Positions 19,932 through 29,458 of a stretch of 64,000 nt of DNA are shown here, piece by piece. Within the stretch, counting starts at the first letter, position 1, and each line of letters opens with the position of its first letter. Source of the stretch: Terriglobia bacterium (GTDB lineage Bacteria > Acidobacteriota > Polarisedimenticolia > Polarisedimenticolales > JAIQFR01); contig CAVVHE010000004.1 in assembly GCA_963748015.1 (NCBI GenBank), positions 1,792,001 through 1,856,000 of the forward strand. Reading direction: 5' to 3'. The position numbers and the translations under genes are program-made. The notes beneath the pieces are model-generated. The model was not told where the DNA came from and did no database searches. It worked only from the letters and a program-made list of their open reading frames with translations.

Positions 19932-20938
19932 CCCGTCACCTCCTCGAGCATCTCGAGCATCAGGGCCTTCTGCACGTGCAGGCGATTGGCGGCCTGGATC
20001 AGCACGGCGCTGCGCGGCCCGTCGAGGACCGCGTCGGTCACCTTCACGTTCCGGCGCACGGGGAGGCAGTGCATGAAGCGCGCCCCCTTCGCGGCGGCCC
20101 GGAACCAGGGCTCGTCGACGCACCAGTCGCGGTGGCGCCGGCGCAGCGGCGCCTCCTCTTCCGGCCTCCCGTAGAACGCGGGGGCCCCCCAGGACTTCGC
20201 GTAGAGCACGTGAGCCCCCGCCATCGCGGCGTCGCGATCGGCCGTCGTCTCCACGGATCCGCCCGAGGCGGCGGCGAGGCGGCGCGCGCGCTCCATCACG
20301 GACGGCGGGAGGTCGTATCCCTCCGGCCGCAGCACGGTGACGCTCATGCCGCGGAGCGCGGCCATGTTCATCGCCGAGACCGCCACCGCGAGCGGTAGGG
20401 GCCGCGGGTGGTAGACCCAGGAGAGGACGAACTTCCCGCCGCGGCGCGGGACCGCGAGGTCCTCGAGCGTCTTCCAGTCGGCCAGCGCCTGGCAGGGGTG
20501 CGAGATCGCCGACTCGAGGTTGACGAACGGGACCGGGCAGAGATCGGCCATCGTCCGGATGAGCGGGTCGGCCAGGTCCTGCTCGAGGTCCTTCCCCTCC
20601 GCGAAGCAGCGCACGCCGAGGAGGTCGGCGTAGCTCGCGAGCACGGGGATCGCCTCGCGCACGTGCTCCGCGGCATCGCCGTCCATCACGGCCCCGGGCC
20701 GGCTCTCGAGCCGCCAGGAGCTCTGGCCGGGGGTGATCACGAAGCTCGAGCCCCCGAGTTGCGCCACCCCCGACTCCATGGACGCGAGCGTTCGCAGGGA
20801 CGGGTTCATGAACAGCAGCCCGACGACGCGGCCGCGCAGGACTTCGACGCGCGGACGGCGCTCGAGCTCCGCGGCCCGGGCGAGGACCGCCTCCGTGCGG
20901 TCGGGGGAAAGGTCGGCCAGATCGAGGAAGCGCTTCAC
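19928..20938 (-). CDS. argF: N-acetyl/N-succinyl-ornithine transcarbamylase (ArgF' type)
   Basis: SLRT carbamoyl-phosphate motif, MDGD..EH, HPCQ, AKSW, HCLPVRRN; these match AOTCase/SOTCase rather than OTCase. Confidence 0.9.
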   Translation of the reverse strand: MKRFLDLADLSPDRTEAVLARAAELERRPRVEVLRGRVVGLLFMNPSLRTLASMESGVAQLGGSSFVITPGQSSWRLESRPGAVMDGDAAEHVREAIPVLASYADLLGVRCFAEGKDLEQDLADPLIRTMADLCPVPFVNLESAISHPCQALADWKTLEDLAVPRRGGKFVLSWVYHPRPLPLAVAVSAMNMAALRGMSVTVLRPEGYDLPPSVMERARRLAAASGGSVETTADRDAAMAGAHVLYAKSWGAPAFYGRPEEEAPLRRRHRDWCVDEPWFRAAAKGARFMHCLPVRRNVKVTDAVLDGPRSAVLIQAANRLHVQKALMLEMLEEVTG

Positions 20939-22092
20939 GACGGGATCTCCATGAGTGCGGCGACGAGCCGGTCCACGTGGTCGTCCCCGAGGGTGAGAGG
21001 GGGCAGGAGCCGGAACACGTGAGGGTCCGCGCTTCCCCCCGCGAGGATGCGCCGCTCGCGGAGGGCGGCGAGGACCTCCTTCGCGGGTCGCTTGGTGCGC
21101 AATCCCAGCAGGAACCCCATCCCTTGCGTGTCCACGACGGGGCCGACCCGGCACTCGAGGCGGAGACGCGCGGAGATCCGCCGCACGCGCGGGAGGAGGT
21201 CTTCCGCGCGGATCGTCTCGATCACCGCCTCCACCATCGCCGCCGCGAGGGGGCCTCCGCCGAAGGTCGTCCCGAGATCTCCCCTTCGCACCTTCGACGC
21301 GAGCGCCTCTCCGAGGAGGAGCGCCCCCACGGGGAAGCCGCCTCCGAGCCCCTTGGCCGTCGTCAGCAGGTCCGGCAGGATGCCGTGGGCCTGCGCGGCG
21401 AACGGCCAGCCGGTCCGCCCCATCCCGGACTGGACCTCGTCGAAGATCAGCACGGCGCCTCGCGAGGCCGTGGCCTCGCGGGCCCTCGCGAGGAATGCGG
21501 CGGAGAGAGCGCGGGCGCCCGCGACGCCTTGCACCGGCTCGAGGATGACGGCGGCCACGTCGTCGGCGACCTCGCGGTCGAGCGCTTCGACGTCGTCGAA
21601 CGGCACGAACGTGACGGGGAACGGCTCCGACGGGTAGCGGGACCACTTCTCGTGTCCCCAGGTGACGGCCGCGGCCGCCGAGGTGCGTCCGTGGAACGCC
21701 CCCTCGACCGCGATCACCCTGCGGCGGCCCGTGGCGAGGAACGCGACCCGGAGGGCGTTCTCGTTCGCCTCGGCGCCGGAGTTCACGAAGAACACTCGAT
21801 CGAGCCCCTCGGGGGCGAACCGCACCAGGCTCTCCGCGGCCCGGTCGCGGATCTCGAGCGGCGTGAGGCTACTCTGGAACATCAGCGCCCTCGCCTGCTT
21901 CTCGAGCGCGGCGAGCAGGGAGGGGTGCCCGTGGCCGAGAAGGGCGACGGCGTGGCCGCCGTAGAGGTCGAGGTAGCGCTCGCCCGAGGCCGTGAAGAGA
22001 TGGACCCCCTCGCCCCTCACCGGCCTGAAGTCGATCTGCTCGAACACGTCGAGCAGGGCTCCGGACGAGCGGATTTCACCGGTTTCGCTCAT
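20935..22092 (-). CDS. argD: Acetylornithine aminotransferase (class III PLP)
   Basis: NSGAEANE, FHGRT, EPVQG, DEVQSG.GRTG, AKGLGGG.P. Confidence 0.92.
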   Translation of the reverse strand: MSETGEIRSSGALLDVFEQIDFRPVRGEGVHLFTASGERYLDLYGGHAVALLGHGHPSLLAALEKQARALMFQSSLTPLEIRDRAAESLVRFAPEGLDRVFFVNSGAEANENALRVAFLATGRRRVIAVEGAFHGRTSAAAAVTWGHEKWSRYPSEPFPVTFVPFDDVEALDREVADDVAAVILEPVQGVAGARALSAAFLARAREATASRGAVLIFDEVQSGMGRTGWPFAAQAHGILPDLLTTAKGLGGGFPVGALLLGEALASKVRRGDLGTTFGGGPLAAAMVEAVIETIRAEDLLPRVRRISARLRLECRVGPVVDTQGMGFLLGLRTKRPAKEVLAALRERRILAGGSADPHVFRLLPPLTLGDDHVDRLVAALMEIPS

Positions 22093-23165
22093 CAGTACCA
22101 ACCCAGGCCGGGAAGCCGCAGCCCCTCCCCGTCCTCGAGGCCGAACAGGCGGTTCATCCACTGCACGCCGCCCCCGGCCGCTCCCTTGACGAGGTTGTCG
22201 AGTACCGACGTCACGACGAGCGTCCTGCCTCGCGCCGCGACGCCGATCCGGCATCGGTTCGTCCCCACCACCTCCGTCAGCCCCGGTGGCTCCGCCGAGG
22301 CCGATACGAAGGAGGACGGGCCGTAGAAATCGCCCAGGACCGCGACGGCCTCTCGCGCCTCCACCGGCTCGCGCAGCGCGAGCCGGAGCGTGGCGTGGAT
22401 GCCCCGCACGAACGGACCCGAGTGCGGCACGAACTCCACCTCCGCGGACCGGCCTCCGAGGGCGGGAGCGAGGAGCCGGCGCATCTCGGCCTCGTGGCGG
22501 TGCGCGAGGGGGGAGTACGCGCGCAGGTTGCTGCGGCGCTCGGGATGGTGGGTCGGCGCGGCGGGGACGCGGCCGGCGCCGGAGCTCCCGGTGATGGCGG
22601 AGACGAAGACGCCGTCCTCGCAGATTCCCGAGGCGAGAAGCGGGTACGCCGCGAGGACCACGGCCGTGGTGAAGCAGCCGGGCTGCGCGGCATGCGCGGG
22701 CGGACGGCCGCGGTAGTGCTCCGGCACCGCGCTCACGAACGACGAGAGCCGGGACGGGGCGCCGTGGGGCTTGCCGTAGATCGCCTCGAACGCCGCCGGG
22801 TCGTCGAACCGGAAATCGGCCGACAGGTCCACCGCCCGCGGCATCGCGCCGGCCTCCTCCGCGCGCGAGAGGAACCCGTCGAGCAGCGCCGCGGTGGAGC
22901 CGTGAGGGGTGGCGGCGAAGATTCCCACCGGCTCTCCCGGCCGGAGCCGTCCGCAGGCGCTCTCGAAGCTCTCGAACGCGAGACCGTCCACCGGGGTGCC
23001 GCCGAGGTGCGGGAACGCGACGGCCACCGGCTCTCCGGCGTGGCTCGTCGAGACGACGGCCGCGACGCGGAAGCGCGGGTGGATGGAAAGCAGGCGCAGG
23101 AGTTCCCCGGCGACGTAGCCGCTGCCGCCGAGCACCACGACGGGAATCCCCCGCGCGTCAGGCAT
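22092..23165 (-). CDS. argC: N-acetyl-gamma-glutamyl-phosphate reductase
   Basis: GGSGY..GEL, DLSADFR, PGCF, SGAG, HRH..E, DNLVKGAAG. Confidence 0.93.
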   Translation of the reverse strand: MPDARGIPVVVLGGSGYVAGELLRLLSIHPRFRVAAVVSTSHAGEPVAVAFPHLGGTPVDGLAFESFESACGRLRPGEPVGIFAATPHGSTAALLDGFLSRAEEAGAMPRAVDLSADFRFDDPAAFEAIYGKPHGAPSRLSSFVSAVPEHYRGRPPAHAAQPGCFTTAVVLAAYPLLASGICEDGVFVSAITGSSGAGRVPAAPTHHPERRSNLRAYSPLAHRHEAEMRRLLAPALGGRSAEVEFVPHSGPFVRGIHATLRLALREPVEAREAVAVLGDFYGPSSFVSASAEPPGLTEVVGTNRCRIGVAARGRTLVVTSVLDNLVKGAAGGGVQWMNRLFGLEDGEGLRLPGLGWY

Positions 23166-24234
23166 CGTCCCCTGCCTCGGCCGGGGCCTTCACCCCCGCG
23201 GCCGCCAGCACGATCGCGGTCAACGGGTCGGGGTCGGTGCGCGCGTTGACCGCGGGAACTCCCGTGGCCTGCTCGACGAGCCTTGTCCCCGCGGCGTTGT
23301 CGGTCGCGGGGCCGGTCACCGCGGCGGTCGCGAGGCCGTGCCGCTCGCGAAGCAGCCGCACGCCGCCCCAGGCGGCGACCGGGTCGTTCGCCGCGAGGAG
23401 GATCGCGCGGAACGACTGGCGAAGCTCCGGGTCGTCGAGGATCGCGTCCACCCCGTAGAGACCCAGGAGCCCGTCGCCCAGTTCGAGGACGATCACGTCG
23501 GGCTCCGCCGCCGCGAGGTGGCTCAAGAGGGTCCGCGCCACCTTCGGGGCGACGTCCGCGGTCGTGGTGACGACGCCGAGATCGGTGAAGATCAGCGTGC
23601 GGAGCGCCCCCGCGTCCTCCATCGCGAGGACGTCGCGGCGGAGGGAGACCCCCGTGGCCTTCCCCGCGGCGACGCGCAACCCGCGGTGGACGAGCGACTG
23701 CACGAGCGCGCACGCCGCCTGAGTCTTCCCCGCGTTCATGCACGATCCCACGATCGCCACCACGGGGATGCCGCGCGTGTCCAGCTCGCCGGCGAGCGGA
23801 ATGGCGCCGTGGGCGATGTGCGCGGGCAGCCCGACCCGCTCGCCCAGATGCGGGAAGTGGAGGACCTGACCGAGCACCTCGCACTCGAACGGGTGCCCGA
23901 GATCGGGATGGATCCCCTCGCAGACGCCGAGCACCCCGCCGGTGTTCAGCACGTGGATCTTGTCCCCCGGCCGGACCGCCTCGGGAAGGTGGCCCGCGTA
24001 GCCGAACAGCGCCTTGCGGTGCCCCAGCGCCCCCGCGATGACGTCCCCCGGCTTGAGACGCGACAGCCGCCCCGAGGGAAGCTCGAGCTGGTTGTAGGTG
24101 CTCTTCGAGTTCAGGATGCGCGCGACGATCACCCCGCCCTCCACGGCGGGGATTTCCGTGCCGAGGTACGACTGCCGGGAGAGCCGGCAGTTGAGCGTCA
24201 CCGATGCGATCTTGTCGAGAAGGACCTTTCTCAC
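23158..24234 (-). CDS. Uncharacterised DUF1611-like P-loop protein within the arg operon
   Basis: GTG overlaps the argG stop (GTGA); 358 aa; Walker A-like GSCMNAGKT, GKATG, FTDLG..TT, Walker B-like VLELGDG. Confidence 0.75.
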   Translation of the reverse strand: MRKVLLDKIASVTLNCRLSRQSYLGTEIPAVEGGVIVARILNSKSTYNQLELPSGRLSRLKPGDVIAGALGHRKALFGYAGHLPEAVRPGDKIHVLNTGGVLGVCEGIHPDLGHPFECEVLGQVLHFPHLGERVGLPAHIAHGAIPLAGELDTRGIPVVAIVGSCMNAGKTQAACALVQSLVHRGLRVAAGKATGVSLRRDVLAMEDAGALRTLIFTDLGVVTTTADVAPKVARTLLSHLAAAEPDVIVLELGDGLLGLYGVDAILDDPELRQSFRAILLAANDPVAAWGGVRLLRERHGLATAAVTGPATDNAAGTRLVEQATGVPAVNARTDPDPLTAIVLAAAGVKAPAEAGDDA

Positions 24235-25436
24235 CTCGGGCCCCCTCCCGCACGGGCGTGGAGCATCCCCGGGAGCGCGAGCATCCGCGAGAACCCGCGC
24301 GCGTCCTCGGCGGACCACTCCGCCGCCGTCTCGCCGTACACCGCGGACGACGCGGCCTTGAGCGAGTAGGAGGAGGCCACCCCCTCGACGAAGGCGAACC
24401 CCGGCCGGAACAGCAGCCGCACCGTGCCCGTGACGCGCTCCTGAGACCGCAGGAACAGGGCCTCGATGTCGCGGCACCCCGGCTCGAGCGACTGCCCCTC
24501 GTGGACGAGGTCTCCGTAGCTCGCCGCGACCTGGTCCTTGATCCGCTGCTGCCTCGCCGTGAGGACCAGCTTCTCGAGTTCGCGGTGCGCGACGATCAGC
24601 ACCGTGGCGGCCGGCGCCTCGAACGCCACCCGTCCCTTGACGCCGAGGATCGTCTCGCCGAGGTGGATGCCGCGGCCGATCCCGTACTTCCCCGCCTCGG
24701 CGTTCAGGCGCTCGATCAGCTCCACGGGCGGCAATGCGTCGCCGTCGAGCGCGACGGGAACGCCTCGCTCGAACGCGACGGTGCGGACGGTCGGCTCCAT
24801 CGACCGGTCGAAGGCGCCGCGCGTCAGGACCCAGGCCTCCTCGGGAAGCGACTCCAGCGTGTCGGAGGTCTCCCGCCCGCCGATCGTGCACCCCCACAGG
24901 CCGGAATTGACCGAGTACGCCGCGCGCCCCGACGGCCACGGGATCCCGCGGGCCTCGAGGTACGCGACCTCGTCCGCGCGGGAGAGTCCCTCGTCGCGGA
25001 TCGGCGCGAGGATCTCGAGGTCGGGCGCCAGGGTGCGGAGCGCGACCTCGAAGCGCACCTGGTCGTTCCCCGCCGCCGTGGAGCCGTGCGCCACCGCGCG
25101 GGCGCCCACGACGCGCGCCACGTCCGCCACCACCCGCGCCTGGAGCCCCCGCTCGGCCCCGACGCAAAGCGGGTAGACGCTCCCGCGGAGCACGTTGCCC
25201 ATGACCAGGAACGACAGCGTCTCCTCGAAGTAGCGCGAGCGCGCGTCCACCAGCCGGTGCTCGGCCGCGCCGAGGGACAGCGCGCGCGCCTCGAGGCTCC
25301 GCCGCGCCTCGTCGTCGAGACCGCCCGTGTCCACGGTGACCGTGACCACCTCGCCGCCTAGCCGCTCCTTCAGCCAAGGAACGCAGAACGAGGTGTCGAG
25401 ACCGCCGCTGAACGCGAGGACCACCCGCTCAGGCAT
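24231..25436 (-). CDS. argG: Argininosuccinate synthase
   Basis: LAFSGGLDTS, GNDQVRFE, APIR, KGR..FEAP. Confidence 0.95.
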   Translation of the reverse strand: MPERVVLAFSGGLDTSFCVPWLKERLGGEVVTVTVDTGGLDDEARRSLEARALSLGAAEHRLVDARSRYFEETLSFLVMGNVLRGSVYPLCVGAERGLQARVVADVARVVGARAVAHGSTAAGNDQVRFEVALRTLAPDLEILAPIRDEGLSRADEVAYLEARGIPWPSGRAAYSVNSGLWGCTIGGRETSDTLESLPEEAWVLTRGAFDRSMEPTVRTVAFERGVPVALDGDALPPVELIERLNAEAGKYGIGRGIHLGETILGVKGRVAFEAPAATVLIVAHRELEKLVLTARQQRIKDQVAASYGDLVHEGQSLEPGCRDIEALFLRSQERVTGTVRLLFRPGFAFVEGVASSYSLKAASSAVYGETAAEWSAEDARGFSRMLALPGMLHARAGGGPR

Positions 25437-25902
25437 GCGCCGCCTCCTTGCGGAGCGCGGCGAGCCGCGCCTCGACCCTCGCCTGCTGCCTCCGCCCCGC
25501 GGTCGCGACGAAGAACGTGTCGTCCCCCGCCACCGTGCCGACCACCTCCGGCCACCTGGACTCGTCGAGGGCGAGCGCGAACGACGCCGCGAAGCCCGGT
25601 GGCGTCCGCGCCACGAGGAGGTACGGCCCCGCGGCGGCCGTTCCCACCAGGAAGGCCGAGATGTCCTCGAGGCGCGCCCCGGGCCGCATCCCGCCGGCCA
25701 ACGCCCCGCCGGCGAGATAGCGCCCCTCGACCTTCGCCGCCCCCAGCTCGTGCAGGTCCCTCGACACGCTCGCCTGCGTGACCCGGAACCCCCGCGCCCT
25801 GAGCCTGCGCCTCAGGTCCTCCTGGTTCCGCACCGCTTCGCGCCGGAGGATCTCCGCGATCGCCCGCCTCCGCCTCTCCGTCCCTTCCACGTCCCGCGGC
25901 AT
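25429..25902 (-). CDS. argR: Arginine repressor
   Basis: VTQASVSRDL helix-turn-helix; GTVAGDDT arginine-binding motif. Confidence 0.95.
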   Translation of the reverse strand: MPRDVEGTERRRRAIAEILRREAVRNQEDLRRRLRARGFRVTQASVSRDLHELGAAKVEGRYLAGGALAGGMRPGARLEDISAFLVGTAAAGPYLLVARTPPGFAASFALALDESRWPEVVGTVAGDDTFFVATAGRRQQARVEARLAALRKEAAHA

Positions 25903-25957
25903 CGTCTCCCTCCCCGCCTCCCGGCCCGGGGCTCCCCCGTCCGGCCGAAAAAGGGAA

Positions 25958-25995
25958 TGCGCATGATGCTACATGTATGCGCATAATAATGCAAA
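25958..25995 (-). promoter_or_regulatory. Tandem ARG boxes overlapping a sigma70 promoter
   Basis: Cores CGCATGATGCTACA (25960) and CGCATAATAATGCA (25980), 20 bp apart, versus consensus TGNATWWWWATNCA; minus strand TTGCAT-17bp-TAGCAT. Confidence 0.75.
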
Positions 25996-26055
25996 TGGTG
26001 GCGGAGGTCGGCGGCGACGCTCGTCCAGGGGACCCCCGTTGCTTGGGAGCGGGGG

Positions 26056-28065
26056 CTACCTGCCGATCACGGGGCGGAGGACGCCGAGGTGGTCGAGGTC
26101 CTCGAGGGCGAAGTAGCCGGGGCCGGTGCGGGCGACGGTGCGGGCGCCGGCCCAGACGCGGGCGCACCGGGTGGCCGGATCGGACTCCTGTGTCCACGCG
26201 GGCAGCTCGGTCCAGCGCCCCGTCGCGACCTCGTACACGCGGGACTCCGGGGTCATCCCTTCGGGCGCGAGCGAATCGAGAGCGGGGGTGCGGAAGCGCT
26301 GGCACATCCAGGCCGCCATCGACCGTTCCTTCGAGAGAGCGCCCGCGTGAACGAGCAGCCGCGCGCGATCGGGCGACGGGGCGAGCTCGACTTCCAGGCC
26401 ACGCCAGCCTCGAAGGGGGCGCGCGGGCTCGCCCGGGCGGCCGAGAAGGAGCCACGTCGTCGTGCCGTCCGTCTCCAGCCACGCCAGCGTGTCGCCGGCG
26501 AGCCAGTGCACCGCGCGGGAAGGAAGGTGAGGAACCTGCGGTGGGATCTCCTTGGAGCTCCCGAGGTCCAGCAACGGACGGGTGTCGCAGCGGTCCGCGC
26601 CGCCGTCCACCCGCCAGTAGCGGCCGGACGGAGACAGCCGGGCCGACGCGGTCCAGGGATGCCCTCGGTCCCGCAGGAGGGGCTCGGCCTCGATCGTCCC
26701 TCGCTCGACGTCCACGCGGTGGACGGCGTAGCCCACCGGCTCCTGCGCGTTGGCGGGGGCTCGCCCCGCGTCGGCGGGGCCCACGGCAACGTACACGCGG
26801 CCGTCGTCGGTGGGCCCGACGAGTCCCAGCGTCCATCCGTTTCGCCTGAGGTCGGGCTCTCGGACCGCGCCCGTCGCGGGATCCATCACGGCGATCCCGC
26901 TCGTACGATCGCGCCAGGTTCGGACGACGATGCGATCGCCGGACCAACGGACGCCTTCCCACCAGCTCGCGCCGGGGACCTCGACCGCGCGTCCGACGCG
27001 GTGGCCCTCGGCGTCGAGGAATTCGATCCTCGGGTCGACCGCCAAGCCGCCGAAAGGAGCTGACCCGGTGACGATCGCAAGCGTCTTGCCGTCGGTGCTC
27101 CACACGCTTTCCGGGTGCACCGGCGGCGGGAAGAACGCCAGCTTCTCTCCGCTCTTGACGTCCACGAGCCAGGCGGCGCCCGCCCCCGCGCGGCCTCCGA
27201 GCAGCGCCGTGGGCCGGGTGCTCGATGCGGCGACCAACGCGCCTTGCTCGAGGAGGTCCGCGCCGTAGCGCACGGCGACCGGCGCGAGGCAAAAGAACGC
27301 GACGATCGCGGCGACCAGGGTCGCCGACAGGACGACGATCAGCCGGAACACGCGCCCGCGCCCCGCGGGCTCGCCCCGACAGAAGGCGATCCACGACGCG
27401 ACGAAGAACGCGGGGACCAGGAGCCACGGGACCACGACGCCGAGGGGCACCCCGCGGATCGCCGCCAGTGGGAATCGCGAACCCAGCACGTAGGCGAGGA
27501 TCACCGGGACCAGGGCGAAGAGAAGGCCGAGGAGCACCGCCGCGATGGGCGCCGCCACCAGCGCGGCGGCCGCGACCGCGCCCGAGAGCGCCAGCGCGGT
27601 CATCAGGCCGCCGATCGCGAAGAGCTGGCCGGCCGCCGACCAGTCGCCGGGCGCGGGACCGGCGAACGCCCAAGCGAACAGGGTCCAGACCAGCCCCGTC
27701 CCCACGGTGATCGCGAGCGTGGCGCCGAGCGACGCGACGAGTCGGGCGAGCCAGGTCCGCGTGCGGGACACCGGCCTCTCGAGCAGGAAGCTCTCGACCC
27801 CCGCCGCGCGGTCGCCGGCGAAAGCCTGCGCCGTGACCAGGAGGGCCGCGAGCGGCCACACCGCCAGCGCGAGAGCGGCCGGGAGGATCTCGAGGAGGAT
27901 CGTGCGGGTCGAGTCCTCGCCCACCTTGCCGAGCGGCGCGAGTCCGTGGCGCGCCGCCGACGCCCCGGCGATGGACGCGAGGGGGAGAACGACGCCGAGC
28001 GCCAAGCCGGCGAGGCACAGCGCGCGGAGCTGTCTCGATTCCTTCCAGAGGAGCGCGCTAAGCAT
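26056..28065 (-). CDS. ABC-2 type permease with a long C-terminal extracytoplasmic beta-rich domain
   Basis: LLWKE.R start; FAGDR..G..SFLL.RPVSR..W..RL motif; WS.DG and LSPSG repeats in the C-terminus. Confidence 0.75.
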   Translation of the reverse strand: MLSALLWKESRQLRALCLAGLALGVVLPLASIAGASAARHGLAPLGKVGEDSTRTILLEILPAALALAVWPLAALLVTAQAFAGDRAAGVESFLLERPVSRTRTWLARLVASLGATLAITVGTGLVWTLFAWAFAGPAPGDWSAAGQLFAIGGLMTALALSGAVAAAALVAAPIAAVLLGLLFALVPVILAYVLGSRFPLAAIRGVPLGVVVPWLLVPAFFVASWIAFCRGEPAGRGRVFRLIVVLSATLVAAIVAFFCLAPVAVRYGADLLEQGALVAASSTRPTALLGGRAGAGAAWLVDVKSGEKLAFFPPPVHPESVWSTDGKTLAIVTGSAPFGGLAVDPRIEFLDAEGHRVGRAVEVPGASWWEGVRWSGDRIVVRTWRDRTSGIAVMDPATGAVREPDLRRNGWTLGLVGPTDDGRVYVAVGPADAGRAPANAQEPVGYAVHRVDVERGTIEAEPLLRDRGHPWTASARLSPSGRYWRVDGGADRCDTRPLLDLGSSKEIPPQVPHLPSRAVHWLAGDTLAWLETDGTTTWLLLGRPGEPARPLRGWRGLEVELAPSPDRARLLVHAGALSKERSMAAWMCQRFRTPALDSLAPEGMTPESRVYEVATGRWTELPAWTQESDPATRCARVWAGARTVARTGPGYFALEDLDHLGVLRPVIGR

Positions 28066-28966
28066 GGTCCGCCTCCGCGGCGTTCCCCTCGCGGAGCAAC
28101 GCCACCAGGATCTCCTCGAGCGGGAGCGTCTCGAACCGGACCTCGCGCGCCCCGAGTCCTCGCAGCGCCGCCTCGAGGTCGCCGTTCGTCCCCTCGCCCA
28201 CCACGCGCAGCACGCGCCCCTCCGCCGTCGTGTCGATCTGCCCGGGAAGCGCCGCGGTCCGCGGCGCCTCGCCATCGAACACCGCCGTGGCGCGGCGAAT
28301 CCTCCGCTTGATCTCGTCGAGCGGTCCCTCGAGGCGGATCCGCCCCCGGTCCATGACCGCCACGCGGTCCGCGACGCGCTCGATGTCGTGAACGAGGTGC
28401 GAGGCGTAGATGACCGTGCCTCCTTCGGCGGGCACCGCGTCGAGGATCCCCTCGAGCACCTCGCGCCGGACGAGGGGATCGAGCCCCGCGGTCGGGTCGT
28501 CGAGGAAGAGGATTTCGGGCCGGCAGGCCACCGACAGTACCAACGCGACCTTCGCGCGCGTCCCGCGCGACAGCGTCCTGATTCGCGCCGCGGGATCGAG
28601 GTCCAGCCGCGCTCGGAGCGACTCGGCGAGCGCCTCGTCCCACCGCGGGTGGAGCGCCGCGGCGAAGCGGAGGATCTCGGCCACGGTCATCCAGGGGTAG
28701 AGCGCGGATTCCTCGGCGAGGAGGCTCGCGCGCGTCCGGACCTCGCGGCCGCTGACGGCCGGGTCGAGGCCGAGCACCCGGACTCTCCCCGCGTCGGGAT
28801 AGAGCACGCCGTGGGCGAGACGCAGCGCCGTGGTCTTGCCGGCACCGTTCCTGCCGATGATGCCGAGCACGGTTCCCGGCTCGACCGCGAGGGAAACGTC
28901 CTCGAGCGCGACCGTGCGGCCGAACGACCGCGAGACGTGCTCGAAGCTCAAGGCCGGCTCGCTCAT
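28058..28966 (-). CDS. ABC transporter ATP-binding protein (YtrB-like)
   Basis: GRNGAGKTT, LSRG, LDDPTAGLD, SH. Confidence 0.9.
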   Translation of the reverse strand: MSEPALSFEHVSRSFGRTVALEDVSLAVEPGTVLGIIGRNGAGKTTALRLAHGVLYPDAGRVRVLGLDPAVSGREVRTRASLLAEESALYPWMTVAEILRFAAALHPRWDEALAESLRARLDLDPAARIRTLSRGTRAKVALVLSVACRPEILFLDDPTAGLDPLVRREVLEGILDAVPAEGGTVIYASHLVHDIERVADRVAVMDRGRIRLEGPLDEIKRRIRRATAVFDGEAPRTAALPGQIDTTAEGRVLRVVGEGTNGDLEAALRGLGAREVRFETLPLEEILVALLREGNAAEADHA

Positions 28967-29400
28967 GCGCTTTCCTCCCCGGACGGTCCCCTGCCGGGCT
29001 CCGCCGACGCCCCCTCCCTTCGCTTCCGGAACGCCTCGATGCGCCGGCTCAACCGCCAGCCCAGCTCCTCGTGCGGGACCCCCGCCATGTGAGCCTCGAC
29101 GAGGAGCCGGTCGAGCGCCGTGTCCACCGCAACGCTGTGGGCGGCGCGGCCCACGCGCGCGGCCCCCTCCGCCACGAACGTCCCCTGCCCGACGCGCGTT
29201 CTCACGACCCCCTCATGCTCGAGCTGCTGGATCGCCCGTGCCGCCGTGTTGCGGTTGATCCGCGCCTGGACCGCCAGTTCCCGAACGGTGGGCAGGCGGT
29301 CTCCCGCTGTCAGCGCTCCGAGAGCGATCATCCCGCGAACCTGCTCCACGAGCTGCTGGTAGAGCGGAACCGGGCTCTGGGGATCGAGATCGAGGATCAT
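28963..29400 (-). CDS. GntR-family (YtrA subfamily) regulator
   Basis: PLYQQL, GDRLPTVRELA, N.NT..RA, G.GTFV; short C-terminal domain. Confidence 0.92.
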   Translation of the reverse strand: MILDLDPQSPVPLYQQLVEQVRGMIALGALTAGDRLPTVRELAVQARINRNTAARAIQQLEHEGVVRTRVGQGTFVAEGAARVGRAAHSVAVDTALDRLLVEAHMAGVPHEELGWRLSRRIEAFRKRREGASAEPGRGPSGEESA

Positions 29401-29410
29401 GGCCGCCTTT

Positions 29411-29458
29411 TTGTCCTAATGTCATAGGACAATATACGGCGTCCTCGGCCACTGTCAA
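29411..29458 (-). promoter_or_regulatory. Promoter TTGACA-16bp-TATATT with a YtrA-type palindromic operator
   Basis: TTGTCCTA-N6-TAGGACAA at 29411-29432 overlaps the -10/+1 region; -35 at 29453-29458. Confidence 0.75.
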
